Assembly: GCA_012295275.1 (NCBI GenBank)
Contig: CM022679.1
Coordinates: 29,140,001 to 29,204,000, forward strand
DNA length: 64,000 nt
Direction: 5' to 3'
From: Chrysomallon squamiferum
Lineage: Eukaryota; Animalia; Mollusca
The notes under the pieces were generated by a model, which worked only from the letters and a program-made list of their open reading frames with translations, did no database searches and was not told the origin of the DNA. The translations under genes and the position numbers were made by a program. Within the stretch, counting starts at the first letter, position 1; every line of letters starts with the position of its first letter. Shown one piece after another: positions 53,902 to 64,000 of this stretch.

Positions 53902-55641
53902 GTTGTTGTTGTTGTTGTTATTGTTGTTGTTGTTGAATTATATGTTTATTTTATTTTCTTTTTTCTTTATTTTTGTTATTTTATTTATCTATTTATTTTT
54001 ATTTTTCTCTTATATTATTATTATTCTTATCTTACCAGCTACTTTCGAAAGCACTCTTAGCTAGTACTAAATGATTGGTCCCTTATCGAGTTAAGAATTA
54101 ATGTTGAATTCATCTTTGAAATAAGTTAAATCAAGCAGGTGGGTGTTTTACACCAAACAGCGGCCATAACTCACATGAGCTTGGATTAGAAGCAGGAGGT
54201 AAAATTTAATTTATCTTTTCACAAAAAGTTATACGTCAGATTAAGCACTGAACATAGTTAATCTTCTTTTTTCCTTTCTGTTTCTCTCTCGCTCTCCCTG
54301 TGAAGGCGTCTCGTATTTTGCTCGTGTGTTTTCAGCTATATTTTGGTGTTTATATAATAATTATACTCCAGTCTATTTATAATGCGTCCAAAAAGAGTGT
54401 GTAAATAAATGTAAAATTTATTTGATTAAACAGTATTTACGTATTTTATTTATTGACATAAGTTATTATTAACTTTTAAATATTTTATTTTATTTATTTG
54501 TTTGATTGTTTCTTATTTATTTTATTTATTATTATTTATTTTTTTTTTCTGGTTGTTGTTGTTTAACATTCGAATACATTATACGTTTAATATTTCGAAG
54601 TTGCAGTATTATAACTATGTTTTGATGCTTTTTAACTTTTTAAAAAATCTTTTAATTTAATTTAATTTTTTTTTTTTTTTTTTTTTTAATTTTCTTTTTT
54701 AACGAAGCCAACCTTGAACTAAATCAGCTTCAGTCCGAGATCAACAATGCTTTATTATTCCCAAGTATCATATGTTAAATGATTTATTTTAGATTTACAA
54801 TAGTATCCAACATGAAATTAGCGCGACCTCGGAAACTTATCACGTGTTATCGCGAAACTCCGCGCTCATGTCGCACAAACCACTTCCCTCCAAACAGAAC
54901 GTCATTGTCGGCTGCGGAATCGGGACTATCTGCGCGAGCAGTTTCCCGCCATATTACAAGAACGCTTGCCGCCGTTATTCCTTTATTGTCGATTCTTTAT
55001 CTTTGACGTCAAAGATAATTTCAATTTTCCGGCCGTTCGTTAACTCCGGTCAGGCTCGTACAGCGACAACTCGCAATTAAAGCTGCTGCATTCAGTCCAG
55101 CCGCGGTTTCGGTTAACGAAGATTTGTCTCAGTTTGATTGAGATTGTTATGGCAACATGTCTGACGACCGACTTCTTTCTCTTCCGTCGTGTTTTCCTCC
55201 AAAGACGTCGCTGATCGGTTTTGGTTGTAAATGAAGTTCTGTACTTTTCTGTATCTAATCTAGAGGGTGAAGAAGAAAGGCGACTGGAAAACAGGAGAAT
55301 TTTACATGAATAAATAAATAAGACAAACCAGGGCTTGTACGGGCCTATCGGCTACAACAAATTCACTATCACGCCATTCCAGAGTGGGCACCAAATTTTT
55401 CATTAGTAGTCGAAGATTAAAAAGCAAATGAATGGAAGAAAATTTAATTATAATCAGTGTTTCATGTTATTATTATTATTATTATGTATCAGTAATACCT
55501 ACCCCAGTCTTTTAAGATTTATACAAGAATAAGGCGTTTCTGTTAAATCTTGGCTCTTAATACATCAAAAAGTGGCATCACATCTACAAATAAATAAATT
55601 CTTATAAAGGTTTAACAAAGACTGTGTGTGCTATGTGCGTT

Positions 55642-55755
<114 letters not shown>

Positions 55756-56870
55756 CTCGGTCTGAATTAGTTAATAAATATGTTTTTTTACATAATACAA
55801 TTTTTCACTCGATCTTATGACAATATTAACTGTATATTTTACTCTTATTTTTGCATCTTTCACACAATGATTCGTTATAAATACTTTATGCTTTATGTTC
55901 ATGAAAAGTCTCATAAACTGCTTCAAGTTTATTTTTGTTTATGGATATACGTGTCATAACTGTTAACGACAGAGGAATACAAAAACAAACATATTTTAAA
56001 TGTTTATTTTCCAGTCGCGACGCTTAAATAAATACACGTAAATCTTAAAACACTCTCAGAATTCGAAATATTAATCTTAAATATTAAATAATAACGGATA
56101 ATAAATTAAACAAACGAAATAAAAGAAAATAAATAAATAAATAAATAAACAAATAACAAAGAATATGCTGAAAGATAAAATGGTAAAAATTCCTCAAAAA
56201 GCCGTATAAAGTCTTTAAAGGTACAACTCTCTTGAAATAGAAGTAATCAAGAAAAAAAATAATATTAATAAAACCAACAAAAAAAAAACACACAAACAAA
56301 AAACAAACAAAAAAAAAAACAAACAAACAAACAAACAAACAAATAAATAAATAAATAAACAAAACAAAACAAAACAAATAAATAAATAAAAAAAATTGGT
56401 CATAACTGCCTTTAATGAAGTTATTTGAAATCGCCATTTTTTCTTCTTTTTTTTTTTTACCGTTTTCTTAAGCTGTCAAAACTGTGCATGATATCACCGA
56501 AGCGTTAAACAACGACAAACATCTCAAACGACTAACAAGTGAGTGGCGCATGAAATGTTTGTTTGTGCTGAGGAGACACGCCTGCTTTCAAAACACAGCC
56601 GCACGTTCCGCGTGCAACCTGATCGAACTAAACAAACATGGCAGCACGATTTTCGAAATTTATCTTATTTTGGTATCGGAATAATATTCTCAAGTGAGTT
56701 GAAAAGAAGAGAAGATTTTTGTGTTTGACTGTTTATTACTCTTTTGTCACTTTTTTTTTTTATCTTTCTCTGCCTCATTCGAATTCCAGTCCTTGCCCCC
56801 CACCCCACCCCACCCCACCCCAGTAACGGCCACATCAGTGCTCCATACAATCTTCTTTTTCTTTCTTTTC

Positions 56871-56958
<88 letters not shown>

Positions 56959-57245
56959 TTTCTGCGCCAGTACGAAATGTGGCTCTGTTCTCATACGTGA
57001 TCTGTTATTAACTGATATTCGCTGGTAGACCAACCTGGTATTCCTCGTATGATTATCATAGCTCAGTAACAAAAGTTCCTACATAATTATTATGAAGTCG
57101 TGTTTTGTTGACGAGTGGTGCTGTCAGCTTTCCTCGATATGTTAAGTCTGATGTTCTAGAACCGTCGATGAAAAAAAAATATGTATATATATATTTATTC
57201 ATTCTCTCAGTAGAAGTATATGATTAGTCTCTATTTTTCTTTCTC

Positions 57246-57290
<45 letters not shown>

Positions 57291-59116
57291 CCCCACTGAA
57301 AATTGAGTTGGTTATGATGCAAGACATGCTAACAGTAATAATTCCATTAGTTTTAGGTTTTTTTTTTTTACGTTTCAAGAAAACATTCACCTTTAACATC
57401 AGCATTCAAGAACAGTCTAAACACTGGCTAGGAAACTAAAAACGTGTTTTTATCAAATCATGTATTTTAAGCAGTAACGGATCCTTTGTGTCATGTAAGT
57501 CTCATGAAAGCTGATCGTGTAACAAACAACATGTCGGACGCGCGGAAAAAAACGGGGGTTTCCAAAGCAGTGTACACTGACTCCCCCCCAAAACGACGAG
57601 GCACTTCAGAAAGTCGAAACTCACCAGGTGTGTGTTTTTAGTGTCAGTTTTATTTTATGCCCGTGGAATAAAATAAATACTGTTAATGAGTAAGTCAAAC
57701 CAATTATACTGGCATTCTGAAGTTCCTGAATCCCAAGGTTGGAATTCGACATTTGCGAACATATTTCAGTAATAATAAAGACGGTGATTATGATGATGAT
57801 GATGACTATGATGATTATAATAATAATAATAATGATGATGATGATGATGATGATAGTGACAAGATAGTGACAGATTCAAATCGTACAGAATCTTTTTAAC
57901 AAATATGACAACTGAAACAGCACCCCCCCCCTACTGATCACGTCTAGATCTACCCTGCTACATGAAGTTCGTACAATGTTTAAACAATTTAAATGTGTGT
58001 ATGATGAAAGCAGACATTTATTGCATTATGGGAGAGGCTTTAGGCCAATTTAATTATACTGGGTATTTCATATCAGTAATATTTATTCATGAAAACAGCT
58101 AGCATAATACACTAGACACTCCCCTGAACAATAAACAAAAATAAATCAAATGCGACACTAAAATTAAATAGAACCACACCTAAAAGTGAGTGTAAGAATC
58201 TGAATATGGATGAAAAAAAAAAAAAAAGATTAAGTAATAAAAAAAAGAAAGAAAAGGAAAGCGTTCTAAATATATAGATAATACTTCGATAAATAAATAA
58301 ATAAATAAATAAATAAACAAACAAACAACAGGTATAAAAATTGATATTTTTTTAATTGTCGTTTTACAGTCAATTTATTAAAGGAACAGTGTCTAAAATA
58401 ATAAAAAAATATTAATAAATATAATAAATATAAAAATAAAATCTTATTTAAGAAACAGTTATTATTTATTTAGTAATATTAAGAATGTTTTACAATAAAA
58501 TCAAATTTTGCGAAACCTCACTTTTTCTTGCAAGTGGATAATAACACCTGTATTATATTTTAAGAAAATAATTATTTTTACACTACGAGTATTTGAAAAT
58601 ATTAATATATTTTATTAACATCGAATCTTACTATACTCTAACAATATGACAACCTTTGTATTTTAAATAATCACAAATGTAAAGGAACAAAGTTGAGATA
58701 AAAACGATCATTTTTTTTTTTTTTTTATAAATGCTTTGAGAATTAACAGGGGAGGCAACTCCAAATATTAAACCTCCAGATTGTTTCGTCACAGTTATTT
58801 CCCTTATGATATAAATTTTTTTTTTTCTACGTAATTACAACGTTTTTGTGTCTTCTTAACGTTATATAACTTCTGCTTTTATTTTTACCGTCTGCTAATT
58901 TACTAAAGATAAATTTAATATTTTGATTCACATATCTATATAATCAAGAAACTGAATGAATGAGATGCCTATCTAGACACTGTAAAATAATAACATCCAG
59001 AAATTGTCAAAAACCATTAATATTCAGATATCAGACAAGACGTTCATCTGGATAAGACACAAATTTTTTAAAATATTCCTATCTAAACACTGTACAAGTC
59101 AGACACTGACGAGGGT

Positions 59117-59277
59117 CTACTGGATGTGGCCTGTTTGAATTAAAGTGTATTTTCTCACAAATTCCTGGTTTGCCTCCCCTGGCAGGGACTTGATGGCTCT
59201 GAAGTAGATCTGACCCACGTTTTCTGGCTGTCCATTTGGATCATACATCTCAAATTTAACATAGTCCAGCCATAGAT
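59117..59277 (-). CDS. UTP6: U3 snoRNA-associated protein 6 homolog, last coding exon
   Basis: TTTACAG acceptor, then (D)LWLDYVKFEMYDPNGQPENVGQIYFRAIKSLPGEANQEFVRKYTLIQTGHIQ with TAG at 59117-59119. This matches the recalled UTP6 C-terminus DLWMDY.KEE..HP.G.PENCGQIYWRAMK.L.GE....FV.K....QTGH. Confidence 0.92.
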
Positions 59278-59337
59278 CTGTAAATAACAATAACAATAAC
59301 AATAACAATAATAATAATAATAGTAATAATAACAGTA

Positions 59338-59410
<73 letters not shown>

Positions 59411-59642
59411 CAACAAAAACAGAACTGACACAGTAAGAACTTAAATATCTATTAAGAAATGAGTATTACTTCTTGTTTATTAATTAAAAACCAAAAAAAA
59501 AAAAAAAATCATTTAAAAAAATACATAATTTCATTTAATTATAATTCTTAAAGCACAGATCAGTATCACAAGTGTCAAAGATACAAGACAGTATCAGCTA
59601 CTACCACGACAACATCGCTCAGACATCAACATCTGACATTAC

Positions 59643-59715
59643 CTGTGTCATCTGAGCCAAAGTCTTGGAGAGCGTTGTCGAACGTTTGTCTTATCAGTTT
59701 TGTCTTTGGCTTCTC
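59643..59715 (-). CDS. UTP6: UTP6 penultimate exon (73 bp)
   Basis: TTTTATTCAG acceptor and CAG|GTAATG donor. It encodes EKPKTKLIRQTFDNALQDFGSDDT plus G, and the phase-1 end joins in frame to the last exon (G|AT = Asp). It resembles UTP6 IREYYERALREFGSADS. Further exons appear to lie beyond the window. Confidence 0.9.
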
Positions 59716-60031
59716 CTGAATAAAACAGAAACACAAATTTATTACAAAGATGATTTTCTTTTGTGTATGATTATCTGTCGTCTATCTGTAACAAAACCAG
59801 TATTCATGATGAATAATTTAACTTGTTCAGCAACAAATGGTTCCTTTATGAGATCCTTGAAAATATAAGATTGAAAACATTAAATTAATAATGTATCACA
59901 GTCATATTCTGGAATCAGATGCCGTCAGTCTGAGTAATAAATCAATTTTTTTAAAAATAAAATGAAATAGAAGAAAACCATTTTTTTTAGTTTTAAGATT
60001 TAGTAAAATTGTTGCATGCATGCCTCCTGAG

Positions 60032-60062
<31 letters not shown>

Positions 60063-60544
60063 ACAGACACACCAACACACACACACCAACACACACACAC
60101 ACAGACACAGACTCACACACACACAGACACAGACAACACACACACACACACACACACACCAACACACACACACACACACAAAACACAGACTCACACACAC
60201 ACACAAACACACACACCAACACACAGACACACCACACACACACACACACAGACACAGACTCACACACACACAGACACACACACAAACACACACACACACA
60301 CACAGACTCACAAACACACACAGACACACACAAGAACACACACACAAACACACAGACACACACAGTCACACAAACACACACAGACACACACACGGACACA
60401 CACAAACACACACACAGTCACACAAACACACACAGACGCACACACACACAGACACACACACACACACACAGAACACACACACACAGACACACACACACAG
60501 TTACATGCACACACACACATTCTCTCTCTCTCTCTCTCTCTCTC
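60032..60544. repeat. CA-rich compound microsatellite ending in (CT)n
   Basis: Direct reading. Confidence 0.9.
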
Positions 60545-60734
60545 AGCATGTAGCAAGTGCTACTGCCAATCCAATTTAGCATTCTAATAACAATAACAAT
60601 AACAACAATATTACTGGATAACAAAAACAACATTCAGCTCTGTATAAAATGTAAAATAAAATTTCTGGGCAATAAAATGAAACGACAGCAGTTTTCACAA
60701 ACTCAACAAGCTTTCTACATACAGACACAAAGGA

Positions 60735-60926
60735 GGAGCTTTCCATGGACTGTTCTTACTGGTTAGCATCAAAGTATTTTTTTATATACAAACAGGAAGA
60801 AAACATTCTGTGATATTTGATAAACCAGTCAAGAGCAGGAAGATACAACATCACAAAGGTTACTCTGTGGAGAATTGAACTTTCAACCTCTCATTCCTCA
60901 AGTGAGAGTTGCAACCACTAAGCTAC
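60735..60926 (-). mobile_element. Degenerate tRNA-derived MetaSINE-like element in the UTP6 intron
   Basis: The minus strand begins TGTAGCTTAGTGGTT (A box) ... GTTCAATTC (B box). The body ttagcatcaaagtatttttttatat..acaggaagaaaacat..tttgataaaccagtc resembles the Meta domain. Confidence 0.6.
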
Positions 60927-61851
60927 ATTTCTGATTCTCCATAGTATAAAACTCTTTTTGAAGTAAAATATTTTAGGACAGCTGGTTCAAAATTATTAAA
61001 CTGGTCAAACATTTAATTTTAATGATGATTCACTCTTCAAATCAGTCATTCTTCAGGCAAGAGCTTTCTAACCACTAAACCTAAATGCCACATCATACTG
61101 AAAAACACCGAAAACTGTTCTTAAAATAAAAATCTTTTGAAACAAACCGAATCATGTGAACTACTCTAACATCATTATCAGGAAGCGTTGCTTTAAATCA
61201 GTCAAACTTCTGGCGAGAGCTCTCTAACCATTAACCTACTCTCTCTCTCTCCAGTACGATACACCAGACTGAAAACCACACAAAACTGTTCTTGAAATAA
61301 AATCATTTAGAATGGCTGGTAGAGATTTATGGAATCTGTAATGAAGTATTGACGAGTTTGTGTGATGGTGATAAGATGAAACATTCTGTGAGGACAGAAA
61401 ACTCTCGATTCATAAGCAGATTAAATTCTCACAGAGCTAATGAAGGAAAGAACTTAAGCTGAATTTAGTGTGGATATCTCGTCCCAGCTTATCTGTTTGT
61501 GTCTGTGGCAGGCTTCAACAAGACATTTTACATTTTTCCCATTGTAGGAAATTGATTTCTAGAGATAAAAGCAATGAAAATAATCCTTTCTGTAAATTTT
61601 TGTTTTATTTTTTTTATTAAATTTGCTTTCTGAGTTAAAAGATAAATTTAAGATGATGATAAATGGAAAAACGTATGTATCTTTGTGTGTTGTGTGTTTG
61701 TGTGTTTGTTTGAGATTCTATTATAACCACTTTAATAAGAATATTTTGAAATTAATTTGTAAGTGATTTTTCATTTTTAATTATTTACTATGGCACTCAC
61801 ATACACACATATCTATATCTATTTATCTATCTACATCTATCTATCTATCGG

Positions 61852-61886
<35 letters not shown>

Positions 61887-61991
61887 ATTACAAAGCAAAT
61901 ATACAAAAAACATAAAAACATTTTCACAATCATAACCATAAAGCTATTTTACAATAACAAACATTTTGTTTCACCATCAATACTATTAATT

Positions 61992-62917
61992 TTAATATTT
62001 ACTAATATTTCACTTCATACTTTCACAACATTAATATTTACTAATATTTCACATACTACTTTCACAACATCAATATTTACTAATATTTCACATACTACTT
62101 TCACATTAATATTTACTAATATTTCACATACTACTTTGACAACATTAATATTTACTAATATTTCACATACTACTTTCACAACATTAATATTTACTAATAT
62201 TTCACATACTACTTTCACAAGATTAACATTTACTAATATTTCACATACTACTTTCACATTAATATTTACTAATATTTCACATACTACTTTCACAACATTA
62301 ATATTTACTAATATTTCACATACTACTTTGACAACATTAATATTTACTAATATTTCACATACTACTTTCACAACATTAATATTTACTAATATTTCACATA
62401 CTACTTTCACAACATTAATATTTACTAATATTTCACATACTACTTTCACAAGATTAACATTTACTAATATTTCACATACTACTTTTTAATATTTACTAAT
62501 ATTTCACATACTACTTTTTTTAATTTTACTAATATTTCACATACTACTTTGACAACATTAATATTTACTAATATTTCACATACTACTTTGACAACATTAA
62601 TATTTACTAATATTTCACATACTACTTTGACAACATTATATTTATTTACTTTGACAACATTAATATTTACTAATATTTCACATACTACTTTCACAACATT
62701 AATATTTACTAATATTTCACATACTACTTTCACAAGATTAACATTTACTAATATTTCACATACTACTTTGACAACATTAATATTTACTAATATTTCACAT
62801 ACTACTTTCACAAGATTAACATTTACTAATATTTCACATACTACTTTCACAACATCAATATTTACTAATATTTCACTTCATACTTTCACAACATCAATAT
62901 TTACTAATATTTCACAT
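61992..62917. repeat. 39-bp minisatellite, about 24 copies, in the UTP6 intron
   Basis: Unit ttaatatttactaatatttcacatactactttcacaaca with 36-bp and point variants. It explains the repetitive ORFs at 62015-62932. Confidence 0.95.
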
Positions 62918-63924
62918 GCCTATTGCAATTAATGTGACACTGTCAGCTTCGAATCCATCACCTGAATCAGGTGTCACTAGCTGAAGTGATCTCCTCGTGT
63001 ACCTGGTGAACTTTGTAGTCCTGCTAAATGAGTTTCTGCCAGTCACTTATTGTCAAGCAGCTGGCTGACGTTAGACATTAAAAGTAGCCATTACATTTGA
63101 CGCTCAGTGGCAGCCAACAGAAACACAATCACTGCCGATTAATTTCACTGCCATTTTGTTTGAGGCAGTCATTAGGAGAAGATTAAAAATTAAGATTGAA
63201 AAATGAAAAGGGATGAAGTTTCACTTACAGGGTTTTTTTAATTTTGATTTAAGCTGCCGTTTGTGAAGTGTCAACAATGAAGAAACAAATAATAATAATA
63301 ATAATAATAATTGTAATACTAATAATAGTAATAATAAAAATATAATAGTAATAATAATAATAGTAATAATAATAATAGTAATAATAATAATAGTAATAGT
63401 AATAATAAAAATACTAATAGTAATAATAATAATAATAATAGTAATAGTAATAATAGTAATAATAATAGTAGTAGTAGTAGTAATAATAATAATAATAATA
63501 AGGAAGGAGGAATGTTATGATAAAATTAATAACAAAAACAATAACAATAAATAACAATAAAAACAATAATGATAACAAAATAACAATAAATAATAACAAA
63601 TATTACCAAAAAAAATCCCAATCATAATAGACAAAATTTTGAAAAATGATTTTCTTAAAATACAAATTAATTCTTTACTGAAAAGTTTACATCCATATTA
63701 AAATACCTACAACATAAAAAACAAAATTAATTTTCTAGTTTTGTGTGAGATCTCAATAGTTTCAGAAATATGATAGTCTAGGAAAATATTAAGGCCACTG
63801 TAAAATAATTCAAGAAATTTCATCTACAAATTTCCTCCCACAAATTTACTTCATTAGCAAAGAAAAAAATATATTAATAATACAAAAAACAAAAAAGAAA
63901 AAAAAAAAAAAAAAAAGGAATAAA

Positions 63925-63955
<31 letters not shown>

Positions 63956-64000
63956 TAATAAAAATAATAATAATAATAATAAATATATTAACAATGTAAC

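Noticed and set aside
56214-58395. TTAA-AGG / CCT-TTAA words as Kolobok or piggyBac MITE ends
   Set aside because: No matching TIR pair could be aligned beyond a few bases.
61454-61558. Minus-strand 34-aa segment (KSISYNGKNVKCLVEACH...) after an AG acceptor in the UTP6 intron
   Set aside because: It does not resemble UTP6 and ends in a stop; it cannot be supported without RNA data.
61992-62917. Repeat array as a CRISPR or repetitive protein
   Set aside because: Contiguous minisatellite without unique spacers, in a eukaryotic intron.

Overview
AT-rich, microsatellite-dense animal genomic DNA. Degenerate MetaSINE-like relics and the gene content suggest a lophotrochozoan, probably a mollusc (inference). 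Three genes are supported: the last coding exon of a SAMD7/SAMD11/Ph-type SAM-domain gene (+, 752-943); a complete noggin-like gene (-, CDS 27234-28064, with a 61-aa insertion between Cys5 and Cys6 and a probable 5'-UTR intron); and the last two exons of UTP6 (-, 59117-59715). The rest is two gene-poor intervals of about 26-28 kb, where CpG-rich, motif-dense blocks alternate with simple repeats. Almost all other ORFs in the track are microsatellite artefacts. The most striking observation is a perfect 108-bp inverted copy (30356-30463) of the noggin-like splice acceptor, start codon and signal-peptide region (27971-28078). It lies inside the gene's own predicted first intron, so the pre-mRNA could fold into a long perfect duplex over its 3' splice site and AUG. 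All family assignments and motif counts were made by eye and from memory; no searches were run.
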